Shown piece after piece: positions 39,221-48,389 of a DNA stretch of 64,000 nt. Within the stretch, counting starts at the first letter, position 1. Every line of letters starts with the position of its first letter. Origin of the DNA: a virus; IMG/VR virus record IMGVR_UViG_3300042309_001504, positions 58,443-122,442 of that record; one strand, 5' to 3'. The position numbers and the translations under genes are program-made. The notes under the pieces are model-generated. The model was not told the DNA's origin, did not search any database, and was given only the letters and a program-made list of their open reading frames with translations.

Positions 39221-39605
39221 TTTTTATCTCCAATGATTGTAATGATAGTTTAACCAAATCTATAGTGCTAGTAAGAAAAGGATTGTTTTTGTAGGTCTTA
39301 CTCAGAATATTATCTGCTTCTGCTTTTGTAAAACCATATTGTTGCAATAAGGGGCTTGCTTGATTTAATAGTTCTTTTGGAATATTAATTTCTTTTGTTT
39401 CTGTTTTTGGTTCTATTTTTTCTTCATAAACAACATCTAGACTTTTGATTTGTTTAGGCTTAAAAATAAACCCACATTCACAAACAACTTTGAAATTTTT
39501 TGTTTGAGTTTCTTTGAGTGAAAGCCAATGAGTATAATAACACTCATTATTTGGACATCTATATTCTAGATGACAATTTAGATTAATCGGTTTCTGGAGT
39601 TTCAT
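39213..39605 (-). CDS. Zn-ribbon plus RuvA C-terminal (domain III)-like protein
   Basis: CPNNEC...CEC; C-terminal QASPLLQQYGFTKAEADNIL...TIDLVKLSLQSL; overlaps the ruvB start. Confidence 0.6.
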   Translation of the reverse strand: MKLQKPINLNCHLEYRCPNNECYYTHWLSLKETQTKNFKVVCECGFIFKPKQIKSLDVVYEEKIEPKTETKEINIPKELLNQASPLLQQYGFTKAEADNILSKTYKNNPFLTSTIDLVKLSLQSLEIKNV

Positions 39606-39996
39606 CTTCTTTGCACCAAAATACAAAATCATTTATTTCATGATCATAGGCTGACTCTATCAATCCCTTACTAACCAATGATGATAGTAAATTACTAACC
39701 AAACGTGTGTTCAATGCTTCTACTATTTTAAGAAATATTTCTTCATCAAGAACATATCTAATTTGATTTGTGTGTTTATTAGTTTGCTTTTTAAGAAGAT
39801 TTTTAACTATTACCATAGATTCTTGTTGAGTTAAAACTTTATTAAGTTCTTCCAATGATACATTATCTAGTTTTGCAAACATTTGATCTATAGCATCATC
39901 TTCTGATTCTGCATTTTTTCCAAAACTGTTATAGACCACTTTTCTAGTGGACTCAGTAAACTCATCTAAGTTATCGACTATGTATAATTCTGACAT
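39583..39996 (-). CDS. Hypothetical protein (paralogous C-terminus with 55186..55542)
   Basis: LSSLVSKGLIESAYDHEINDFVF. Confidence 0.6.
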   Translation of the reverse strand: MSELYIVDNLDEFTESTRKVVYNSFGKNAESEDDAIDQMFAKLDNVSLEELNKVLTQQESMVIVKNLLKKQTNKHTNQIRYVLDEEIFLKIVEALNTRLVSNLLSSLVSKGLIESAYDHEINDFVFWCKEDETPETD

Positions 39997-40005
39997 AATT
40001 TTCCT

Positions 40006-40398
40006 TTAGTTTAGAATATCAAACAATCCCTTATAATAATGAGGCTGTAATATAAAATGTACAGCATGACTTTGAATGTGGTTTAAGTATTCTCTGGCTA
40101 ATCTAGCATTGGCAAAATACTCTTTTTTCCATATTGGTTGTTTCTGATAATTACTCCCCAAATACTGGAAGGTTTTATCCTTACCAGTATTGGAGAAGTA
40201 ACTATTCACAGGAAACGATTTTTTGGGAAAATTTATATACCATACATTTGGTGATCCTTCGACTACATCGTTTAGGGCATCATATAGCATTTTACCCCAA
40301 GCATCCCATGCAGCAGGATCAAACTTAAAATAGTGCTTATATTTGTCTTGAGCATCATCATAATCATGATCGTCATCATAGTCATAATCTTCATTCAT
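40006..40398 (-). CDS. Hypothetical protein with acidic N-terminus
   Basis: Start moved to MNEDYDY because the 5' extension overlaps a structured RNA. Confidence 0.6.
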   Translation of the reverse strand: MNEDYDYDDDHDYDDAQDKYKHYFKFDPAAWDAWGKMLYDALNDVVEGSPNVWYINFPKKSFPVNSYFSNTGKDKTFQYLGSNYQKQPIWKKEYFANARLAREYLNHIQSHAVHFILQPHYYKGLFDILN

Positions 40399-40420
40399 TT
40401 TATTTAATCTCTGGTAGAAA

Positions 40421-40507
40421 ATAGTGGGAGGGAATCGAACCCTCTCATATAGCGTATGTTTAAAATTTAAACCAGAGGCTATCATCTTAGTCGCCAGACC
40501 CACCTAT
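40421..40507 (-). ncRNA. tRNA-like structured RNA (non-canonical)
   Basis: Perfect T-arm GAGGG-TTCGATT-CCCTC; terminal stem ATAG(G)TGG/CCACTAT; no canonical anticodon arm. Confidence 0.55.
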
Positions 40508-40514
40508 AATTAAA

Positions 40515-41366
40515 TCAATAGTTTTGATCTAAATCATCTTCGTATTCATCTTCATCTTCATACTGATCCCAGTAATCATCATCATACTCATCATACAACT
40601 GCTCTTCATCCTCATCATAAGAATCTTCGCTAAACTCAGCCTTATAAAGAGGCTTTAGTAGTTCGCCTTGATATTCGCCAACAACTTCATATCTACAAGT
40701 ACGAAGTTTCTCATGATTACAATCACTAGGAACGCTGACCACATCCTTCGGATTAATCTTAACAATCATAATATGATCACCATTATCAGCACTACCATAA
40801 TTAGCCACATAGTTTAAAGCACCAGCATGAAGTCCCTGAGAACAACCAACGCTACGATTGTCATCGACTTTAGCCCTATTCATTTGGCAAACTTTACCAA
40901 CATGATTGTCAAATGTGCCAGCATACTTATCCATATAATCACTACGAACAGCCTTGTATGCTAGAAAATGACCATCCTCAGTAATTGGTAGATGTTCATG
41001 CTCCAAGAAATCATACAGTTCCTTTTGACTTTGCATACTGGGATTTTCCATAAGATTATTCAAAAAGTTTACAAGAGGCTGAAATGGCAGTCCCTTACTC
41101 ATAAACTCTAGAATACGTTTACTAATGCTACCATGAACTTCTTCACCATCAAAAAGCACCTTGCCGTTCTTGACTTCAACAAGACCATCACTAAATGACG
41201 ATACTGCCTTTTCAATATCCACCAGTTCTAGCAACTCATCATTTGTTGCTGTTGGTAGAGCCTCAAGAATCAACTTGTAATTGATATGATCAGGAATAAC
41301 TTGATAAGCCTTATTATTCAAGATCAACGTCAAATTACCATCAACCCACATAAACGGAACGCTCAT
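40515..41366 (-). CDS. rIIB: rIIB-like protein
   Basis: LPITEDGHFLAYKAV, CSQGLHAG, KINPKDVVSVPSD, KLRTCRYEVV. Confidence 0.9.
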   Translation of the reverse strand: MSVPFMWVDGNLTLILNNKAYQVIPDHINYKLILEALPTATNDELLELVDIEKAVSSFSDGLVEVKNGKVLFDGEEVHGSISKRILEFMSKGLPFQPLVNFLNNLMENPSMQSQKELYDFLEHEHLPITEDGHFLAYKAVRSDYMDKYAGTFDNHVGKVCQMNRAKVDDNRSVGCSQGLHAGALNYVANYGSADNGDHIMIVKINPKDVVSVPSDCNHEKLRTCRYEVVGEYQGELLKPLYKAEFSEDSYDEDEEQLYDEYDDDYWDQYEDEDEYEDDLDQNY

Positions 41367-41392
41367 TTTAATTCTCCTCTTTTCCTGTGAAA

Positions 41393-44047
41393 TTATTTGA
41401 TCAAAACACTTAGACTATTTCTTAACTGTTCAATACCGTTTTCATCAATAGTTACAAACCATGCTGGCGGATTATAGTAACGATTATGATGTACTCTAAG
41501 TGGATTGGAGGAACCTATTCCGGTCAATCCAGCATCAGAACCATTTACTTCCAACGCACTGCTCATAATATACTTGAGCATCGGCACCTTGTCAACCTCC
41601 GCTTTAAACCTTTTTCTAAGATCACTACTTTTCGTTATTGACTCACAAAAATCTTTGGATTCTTGAGAAATCGATACCATCTTAGATGTATAATCTACAC
41701 TATACATAGTATTGATCTCGCTCTTTAAGATATTAAACTCTTGAGTTTGTTTACGAATCTTCTCAGGATCAATACCATTCATATTATGCTTTGCTAATAT
41801 TTTTGCCATAACAGCAAAGTATTCTGACTTCTTACAAAACTTCATATCAAAACTATTATGAATAACATGAGCAAAAAAGTAATGAATCATCCATTGATCG
41901 ACCAGATTACAAAGTTCCGATCCACCAATATACTTATCATAATCAATACCAAAAATGCTTAGAATAGTAACCGCTATGTGCCTATCTGCACGAATCCTAT
42001 AATAACCATAAGTCTCATTCTTCTCGTCTGCATTATACTGTTCAGTACAGTAGTCCACAATATTCTTATATGATCCAACTTCTCCACAGAGTTTACTCAT
42101 CATACTCTTTAATTGAGGCTTGATCCAAGCATTGAAATCAACAAGATTCAAATCTTTGATCTTACTAACAGCACTCTGCTTGATAGCAAGAATATTCTTG
42201 TCTTTCAATAGATTGTGAAGAGTATGATTTTTATCTTTAATGATTTTATTAAGATAAGAGATAGATGGAAACCCTTCTACCGAAGCATACCTAATAATAG
42301 GAATATAAATTGTCTCGTCTTGATCTTCAATAGTTTCATAGGTATCTTCGTCTACTTCTCTTAGAAGATCAGAATCATTTATTCCATTACCAGATAGTAC
42401 TAGTTTATCATTAGCGTCTGGACAACCACCAATAATAAAAACCTCACCAGCACTAATCTGACCAAAAGAAACGCTACTCTTGCGTGGTCCCTTGCTAAGT
42501 AGACTACGATAATCAGAAACATTAACTACATTAGTTTCTCCGCCGATATCACTGATGATATCATCAAAACCTTCCGTAGAATCTTCTGGATGACTACTAT
42601 CCACCATAAGATAAGCAAAGCAATCATTTTGATTACAATACTTTGTCACAATCTTTTTGGCAGTTTCTTCACCCTTAATATCACAGCGGAAAAAGATCAT
42701 TTTACCACTCTTTTTGGTTCCGCTCCAATAGTATTGAGGAACCCCCTTGAGTGTTTCGTTATGAATTTTATCTGTTAGATAAACCATACGACGAGAGCGA
42801 TAGCCGGATGTTCTAAAATTAAAAACATACAACTGCTTATTTTTCTTGAACTTATATTCAAGATCTTTACCACTAGTTAATTCGTGGGTCTTGCCAGACT
42901 GGTCTATCCATGATGCACCAGCGGTCCATCCGCCAGCAAGATCGCTCAGATTATAATAGGTCTGATAAGCATCTACCAGATTAGTACACTGAGTAATCTT
43001 TTGAGTCATATCTTCTTTGAGTTGAAGATAAATATCTTGAGTTCTTTCACGCAAAACTTTAATAACATTTTTTGTATACTGTAAGCCTTCACGACTCACA
43101 TCCATTTCCAATTCACCAATATCAAAATTGATTTCAAGATATAGGCCGGACCCTAGAACCTCCTTGACTAGATTCTTCCAGTTATCAACATCTACCTTTT
43201 TAAAGGTACGATTCCATTTCTGGATAGCGTCATTGGATGTATCTTTTTCTGCTTCTCCAATAATCTTTGAACTATCAACAGGATAAGCAATATTACCCAT
43301 GATAGCAACAATACCACTATCAGCATTGTTATATGCTGAAGGATATTGATCATTATTATTTGCTAGTCTACCAATCCTCCAGCCCTTACCATCAATAACA
43401 AAATTAGTATAAGAATACGAATGATCTGACAGATTCTCTCCAAAACCGCCCTCAATAATGGGCTTCATTTTGAAGTAATGGAAAATTCTTTTTGCTTTGG
43501 TAGTAAACTCGCCAAAATCACACTGTTTAACAGCAAAACTAATTTCAAGACCGTTAGGCTCTTTAGTTGCACTAATATCAAACAGATTAAGACTAGGAAC
43601 ACCATTCTCATCCATAGCCGCAATATAAGAATACTTAGTTCCGTTGTAATAAGATACTGTGCTAAAACTCTTGGTATAAGCAAATGGACTCTTGCTACCT
43701 AATCCAAGACAACCAACAAAATCATTACTATCATTCTTGTTGCTTGCACCATAAGTGGTATATAGTTCCTCCATATCTTGCTGACTAAGACCAGTGCCAT
43801 AATCACGCACAGTAAAAGATGGAACCGCTTGTGTTGGCAGAATAACCTTAAAAGGATTCTTGTTGCCGGCAGCAACGTGAGCATCATAAGCATTAGTGCT
43901 TAGTTCACGAATAACCGCCATAACCTTATCAGAATACAGAGAATCCGAAAGGATTTTAAACATTTTGCTCGTTTGAGCAATAGTAAATTGGTTGCTACTT
44001 TCCAAACCCCTACTATGAATTTCAACTGTTCGATCCGCGAGTTTCAT
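41393..44047 (-). CDS. rIIA: rIIA-like protein (GHKL ATPase N-terminus)
   Basis: LSDSLYSDK, IRELSTNAYDAH, VRDYGTG, GCLGLGSKSPFAY, SREGLQY; start moved to MKLADR. Confidence 0.9.
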   Translation of the reverse strand: MKLADRTVEIHSRGLESSNQFTIAQTSKMFKILSDSLYSDKVMAVIRELSTNAYDAHVAAGNKNPFKVILPTQAVPSFTVRDYGTGLSQQDMEELYTTYGASNKNDSNDFVGCLGLGSKSPFAYTKSFSTVSYYNGTKYSYIAAMDENGVPSLNLFDISATKEPNGLEISFAVKQCDFGEFTTKAKRIFHYFKMKPIIEGGFGENLSDHSYSYTNFVIDGKGWRIGRLANNNDQYPSAYNNADSGIVAIMGNIAYPVDSSKIIGEAEKDTSNDAIQKWNRTFKKVDVDNWKNLVKEVLGSGLYLEINFDIGELEMDVSREGLQYTKNVIKVLRERTQDIYLQLKEDMTQKITQCTNLVDAYQTYYNLSDLAGGWTAGASWIDQSGKTHELTSGKDLEYKFKKNKQLYVFNFRTSGYRSRRMVYLTDKIHNETLKGVPQYYWSGTKKSGKMIFFRCDIKGEETAKKIVTKYCNQNDCFAYLMVDSSHPEDSTEGFDDIISDIGGETNVVNVSDYRSLLSKGPRKSSVSFGQISAGEVFIIGGCPDANDKLVLSGNGINDSDLLREVDEDTYETIEDQDETIYIPIIRYASVEGFPSISYLNKIIKDKNHTLHNLLKDKNILAIKQSAVSKIKDLNLVDFNAWIKPQLKSMMSKLCGEVGSYKNIVDYCTEQYNADEKNETYGYYRIRADRHIAVTILSIFGIDYDKYIGGSELCNLVDQWMIHYFFAHVIHNSFDMKFCKKSEYFAVMAKILAKHNMNGIDPEKIRKQTQEFNILKSEINTMYSVDYTSKMVSISQESKDFCESITKSSDLRKRFKAEVDKVPMLKYIMSSALEVNGSDAGLTGIGSSNPLRVHHNRYYNPPAWFVTIDENGIEQLRNSLSVLIK

Positions 44048-44081
44048 AAAAGTCTCCAAAAGTGTTTCCTGTGATGCGTCC

Positions 44082-44110
44082 ATTATAGCATCGTCATCGT
44101 AGCGTGTCAA
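44082..44110 (-). promoter_or_regulatory. Consensus sigma70 promoter for rIIA-rIIB
   Basis: TTGACA-CGCTACGATGACGATGC(17)-TATAAT. Confidence 0.9.
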
Positions 44111-44145
44111 CTACAATCTTTTTTAAGAACCAAATGCTATCTTAA

Positions 44146-44439
44146 TTACAAGTCCTTATTATCAGACCAATTTTCATCTTCTATCTGATCCCCATATGTC
44201 TCATAGTCCTCTGCTTCATATTCATTATACGGATTCCATTCATCATTATCGTCTGGATCCTGATTTATTAGTTCATTAAAATCTTGAATTTGTTCTAGAG
44301 TATCTTCAATATTTTGATTAATGCTAATAATTAAATTTTTTATCTCTAATATCTCTTTAGAATATTTTTTATCTAGAATTAGTATTTGTTTATTTAAACT
44401 ATGTATTTCTTTAAATAATTGATCTAATTCTTTAGACAT
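44146..44439 (-). CDS. Coiled-coil/acidic hypothetical protein
   Basis: AGGAG RBS; 97 aa. Confidence 0.6.
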   Translation of the reverse strand: MSKELDQLFKEIHSLNKQILILDKKYSKEILEIKNLIISINQNIEDTLEQIQDFNELINQDPDDNDEWNPYNEYEAEDYETYGDQIEDENWSDNKDL

Positions 44440-44448
44440 AAATACTCC

Positions 44449-44751
44449 TTATAGTTTTTTATATTCTGGAATATCTCCATGACTAACAATTTTTTGATCT
44501 TCGTACTTGCTTGCTAATCGCCTATAAAACTCTTGTTTAATATTTTCTAATACACCAGTTATCATCGCTATTTTAGCATATGATGGTTTGCCCATTGTTT
44601 GACACAAAATTCTTGTGAACATATAATTTATTTTACCCAAAATTGATATGTATTCCTCGTCAGATAAGCATTTATTTTCTGTTAAAAAATTTACTATATT
44701 TTTTATTTCGATATCTATTTCTAGTCTTGCTTTTTCATTAATATATGGCAT
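44449..44751 (-). CDS. Hypothetical phage protein
   Basis: MPYI...GKINY...GVLENIKQEFYRR...YEDQKI...GDI pattern; start moved to MPYINE. Confidence 0.7.
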   Translation of the reverse strand: MPYINEKARLEIDIEIKNIVNFLTENKCLSDEEYISILGKINYMFTRILCQTMGKPSYAKIAMITGVLENIKQEFYRRLASKYEDQKIVSHGDIPEYKKL

Positions 44752-45271
44752 TAGGTTCCTCACATTTACAAAAATATTCGTAACAATAGTAACATTGTGG
44801 ACCCGGTTTTCCCAATCCCCAAGCATCACTAGAAGGATCAAAACTTTCTAGTCCAGTATCAATACAAACTAATTTATTATTAATTAATCCAATATTATAT
44901 TGATGACAATCCCAAAAGTCTAAATTAGTGTGATGCTTGATATCATCAACCAAGTCTTGTATCTTTTCTAGTAAATGAGTATATTTTTTACTCCACTTCT
45001 TAATTGGTTTTGTCGTTAGATACTCAGCAATTTCTGTGACAAAACCATATGAACTATATAAGGATATATCTTTGATTGGTAATTTAACCACATCGGTATA
45101 TACTATTGGAGATAGTCCATGTTTACTGAGTAGTTGCTGAAAAAATAATGCGGCCTTAGCATCTTTTTCAGATTTAAACTCTTTGAATCCTTTATTAGTT
45201 TCGTCAACTAAAGGATAAAAGTTGCAGTATCCTCCCTCATCAAAATATTCGATATCAATAGTGTAATTCAT
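44738..45271 (-). CDS. Protein-kinase-like protein
   Basis: EGGYC, GFKEF (Lys), DCHQYNIG catalytic loop, CIDTG. Confidence 0.7.
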   Translation of the reverse strand: MNYTIDIEYFDEGGYCNFYPLVDETNKGFKEFKSEKDAKAALFFQQLLSKHGLSPIVYTDVVKLPIKDISLYSSYGFVTEIAEYLTTKPIKKWSKKYTHLLEKIQDLVDDIKHHTNLDFWDCHQYNIGLINNKLVCIDTGLESFDPSSDAWGLGKPGPQCYYCYEYFCKCEEPNAIY

Positions 45272-45272
45272 T

Positions 45273-45587
45273 TTAGTAAGAAATTACTATGGGATATTCT
45301 CCAGTAATATTATACAAAAAATCTTTTGCTTCTTTAAGATCAAAAAACTCTGCAATAAATACTAGAGAAGGACTAGGATTATTTTCTCTTTTTTCACCAT
45401 ATATTCTATAAAATGGATCATCTATTGCCTTGTATGAATTTTCTAGAAAATCAGCAACATTTCTTATTTCATCAATATATGTTCCACCATCATAATCGTT
45501 ATATTCTCGTACTGTCATTAATATAAAATGACTAATAGGAGACTTAGGATTATAATTAGGAACTCTTCCGTTACATAATCTATTCAT
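45273..45587 (-). CDS. Hypothetical protein
   Basis: Start moved to MNRLCN; the track's 5' extension is the tRNA. Confidence 0.55.
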   Translation of the reverse strand: MNRLCNGRVPNYNPKSPISHFILMTVREYNDYDGGTYIDEIRNVADFLENSYKAIDDPFYRIYGEKRENNPSPSLVFIAEFFDLKEAKDFLYNITGEYPIVISY

Positions 45588-45590
45588 AAA

Positions 45591-45675
45591 TGGGATAGGT
45601 GGGAGTCGAACCCACACTCCTATAATTGGAAATGGATTTTGAGTCCATCGCGTCTGCCAATTCCGCCACAATCCC
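45591..45675 (-). tRNA. tRNA-Leu(CAA)
   Basis: GGGATTGTGGCGGAATTGGCAGACGCG; anticodon arm ATGGA-CTCAAAA-TCCAT; long variable arm; GTGGG-TTCGACT-CCCAC; CCA not encoded. Confidence 0.95.
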
Positions 45676-45706
45676 TTTACCAGCAATTTTATTTGCTGGC
45701 GTTTTA

Positions 45707-45988
45707 TCAGTTAACACCACAAGCCTTTAGTCTACGAGCGGTTTCGACCATAACATCTATATTATCAATATGACGTTGTGGCTTTGCTCTTTGCATCTCG
45801 GGTAATTCAACTCCTCTTTCTGCAAGAGCCTTCTTTGTGCGAGAAAATCTTGCCATAGTTGTTGCAACCTTTTGGCCTGTCTTTTCAGCAATTTCGGCAT
45901 AAGTTTTGCTGGAAAAAACTGCTTCAAGAAACCTTTCATCACTACAACGAACTCTTGTTTGAACAACACCAGTAGTAACATCTGCCAT
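45707..45988 (-). CDS. Small HTH-like protein
   Basis: KTYAEIAEKTGQKVATTMARF; own promoter and GGAG RBS. Confidence 0.65.
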   Translation of the reverse strand: MADVTTGVVQTRVRCSDERFLEAVFSSKTYAEIAEKTGQKVATTMARFSRTKKALAERGVELPEMQRAKPQRHIDNIDVMVETARRLKACGVN

Positions 45989-46041
45989 AATTTATTCTCC
46001 AAAAAAGGTTAGGTAATCTCAATCGTTCATCGACTACGTTC

Positions 46042-46069
46042 TTTATATCCTATGAATCGTCTATGTCAA
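46042..46069 (-). promoter_or_regulatory. Sigma70-type promoter
   Basis: TTGACA-TAGACGATTCATAGGA(16)-TATAAA. Confidence 0.65.
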
Positions 46070-46090
46070 CACCGTTCTTTACTTTTTTTC

Positions 46091-46915
46091 TTATTTCACA
46101 AAAATCCCATCAAACTCATCAATTAAAAACTGTCTAATTTTTTCAGCATCTTTATGGGTCCGCAAATCATTTAATAGTTTTAATTGTGTTGCTGTTACAA
46201 AGTTTTTTATTTTCATGCCTTCATTAAAAGTTTTTTCTGCTTGTATTAGTAAAAATTTTACTGATTCTTTAAATTCTCCATAATTTTTCCAATATTCTTT
46301 ATCATGATCTTTTACTGCCATAGCAAAACAAATGGCATAAATACTAAAATCTAAACATCCGCTAACAGCATCAACATTTTCTGTTATAAGGCCATTATTA
46401 AAATCTTGTACCGCACACTTGCTTCCTAAAATATAAGAATTCCATTCATCTATAATATAGGAAGGCATATCGTTCCAATTTTTTGTTTGTTCTATAAAAT
46501 ATAGATTATATCTGTATGATCGTAGTATTGGAGGTATATATTCTATAACATGAGACATTGTTATGTTAGACTCATTTAATATAATACATTTACCATCTAA
46601 AACATAAAACACATTAAGTTTTTGTTTCCATAATCTTTCGTAATGATTTCTAAGTTCAGAAGTTATGCCATGAGATGTTTCATGAACATTGATACGTCTA
46701 TTAGATTTAGTATAAGGCTCTTGTTTAGAATGATTAAAAACATCGCCATAAATAGTATTTTCTTCAATATTTCTATATTGTATAACAGGATATAAAAATA
46801 CTGGTTTATTATTTGGAACAACTACTGGAATTGGATCAGGAATATTATTCTGTTTTGATGCTGAATTATAACCTAGTAATAAAATTATTATTAATAATCC
46901 TAGCATTTTTTTCAT
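46091..46915 (-). CDS. Exported zincin-like metallopeptidase
   Basis: Signal peptide, Pro-rich linker, HETSH (HExxH), downstream DEWNSY. Confidence 0.55.
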   Translation of the reverse strand: MKKMLGLLIIILLLGYNSASKQNNIPDPIPVVVPNNKPVFLYPVIQYRNIEENTIYGDVFNHSKQEPYTKSNRRINVHETSHGITSELRNHYERLWKQKLNVFYVLDGKCIILNESNITMSHVIEYIPPILRSYRYNLYFIEQTKNWNDMPSYIIDEWNSYILGSKCAVQDFNNGLITENVDAVSGCLDFSIYAICFAMAVKDHDKEYWKNYGEFKESVKFLLIQAEKTFNEGMKIKNFVTATQLKLLNDLRTHKDAEKIRQFLIDEFDGIFVK

Positions 46916-46922
46916 TTTCTAT

Positions 46923-47741
46923 TCACAGTAATTTTTGATATTCGTTAAGTATACTAGTATTATCTAAATAATCTCTTTGTGTAAAAAAGGCAAAATGAGA
47001 ACACAGTGCCGATCCACAAATAACATTAAATTTATTTAGAGCCTGTGTTTTATTAACAGTAATATCATGCTCTTCATCATGCACAATACCACCAAAATTA
47101 TTATAGATAGTTTGCATATCTGTGCCAAACCAGCATATAGCATTAATTGAGAATCTGGATCGTTCATATATAATATATCTATCAAACATATATTTATTGA
47201 TAGTATTATTACTAAGATTAATTAAAAACTGTTTATGTATTTCTTCTGCTAATTTTGTATCTTGCCAAGCATTAGCAGCACAACCATACGGAATATGAGT
47301 ATTCCAAGTAAATGCACCAATTCTATGATGCAAGTGGTTGCAAATGTCGTTATTGATAATATTTCCAAAAACTAGAAAAAAGTCTGGATTATTAGTTCTA
47401 AAATTAAGTATATTACTTATAAAAGAATTATCTAAATAAACAATATCATCATCAAGTCTAATATAGATTGTGTCTGGATCGCAACATTTATCAAAATATT
47501 GGGCTATATTTTTATTGCCTCCAACACTTGATCTGGTATCTATGGTAACCCAAGGATATTGTGATGCTATTTCGTTAAAAAATACTAAATCTTCTTGATT
47601 ATTAGTATTTTGCCATATACGATACTCATCAATAATATTTGATGATTTTTTTAAGTATTCAAATAATATTTGTTGATATCTTTTTCTGCCAGATGGTGTT
47701 ACCACTACTATTTTATAGTTATTATACATTTTAATATCCAA
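46923..47741 (-). CDS. GT-A fold glycosyltransferase-like protein
   Basis: VVTPSGRKRY, YIRLDDDIVY, SINAICW, DEE, HFAFFTQ. Confidence 0.7.
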   Translation of the reverse strand: MDIKMYNNYKIVVVTPSGRKRYQQILFEYLKKSSNIIDEYRIWQNTNNQEDLVFFNEIASQYPWVTIDTRSSVGGNKNIAQYFDKCCDPDTIYIRLDDDIVYLDNSFISNILNFRTNNPDFFLVFGNIINNDICNHLHHRIGAFTWNTHIPYGCAANAWQDTKLAEEIHKQFLINLSNNTINKYMFDRYIIYERSRFSINAICWFGTDMQTIYNNFGGIVHDEEHDITVNKTQALNKFNVICGSALCSHFAFFTQRDYLDNTSILNEYQKLL

Positions 47742-48369
47742 AATAATTAAAATCTTTTTTAAATAATTGATATATTTTATCTAACATACTATCGTTATAG
47801 TAATGTCTATATTTACACTCGTACTCACTATTATAGAAATTTTCTAGAATTAATTCAGATAGTTCGTACTTATCTATGATCTCTTTAAATTCTGTTTTTA
47901 GGTTTTCATACTTAATTATATGATCTATAGCAAATTCATTATTATTATTTATACAATGATCATATTGAGAAATATAAGAATGCCAAATAAAATCTTGATA
48001 CGAACTTCTTTGTAAAACGGGATGATCGTAAAATCCAGAAGGCATAGTTTGTAATAATACATGATTAACAAACGCATCAAATGGTATATTACTACACATC
48101 ATTCTGTATGATGATACTAATTTATCAAAAGGATTTCTAATTACAGCAATTTTAATATAATCTTTAATATTAGTATTTGGATATAATAATCTCAAATAAG
48201 ATTCATGTATTTTAACCGTACCATCAAAAATTCTATAGTTATAACTTGAAGCATCAATGGGGAAAAAGGATGGATCATTTTTCATTATACTATCACTGAT
48301 AGTGATACCACCAGTTTTAGGTATATGAAAAAAAATAATTTGTTTTTCTTTAGAAAAAATAGTAGACAT
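47731..48369 (-). CDS. Sulfotransferase family 2 protein
   Basis: FFHIPKTGG, RNPFDKLVS, KYENL, DFNYFGY. Confidence 0.88.
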   Translation of the reverse strand: MSTIFSKEKQIIFFHIPKTGGITISDSIMKNDPSFFPIDASSYNYRIFDGTVKIHESYLRLLYPNTNIKDYIKIAVIRNPFDKLVSSYRMMCSNIPFDAFVNHVLLQTMPSGFYDHPVLQRSSYQDFIWHSYISQYDHCINNNNEFAIDHIIKYENLKTEFKEIIDKYELSELILENFYNSEYECKYRHYYNDSMLDKIYQLFKKDFNYFGY

Positions 48370-48389
48370 TACATTTTACTATAATAGTA

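Noticed and set aside
40355-40630. tcatca-like repeats
   Set aside because: They come from Asp/Glu/Tyr-rich coding tracts and are not a DNA repeat element
44048-44110. 5' extension of rIIA
   Set aside because: It overlaps the consensus promoter; the RBS supports ATG 44047
45588-45686. 5' extension of ORF 45273..45686
   Set aside because: It is a translation of the tRNA-Leu gene
45680-45699. CCAGCAA/TTGCTGG hairpin upstream of the tRNA
   Set aside because: There is no T-run on the minus strand, so it was not called a terminator; it may be a processing signal
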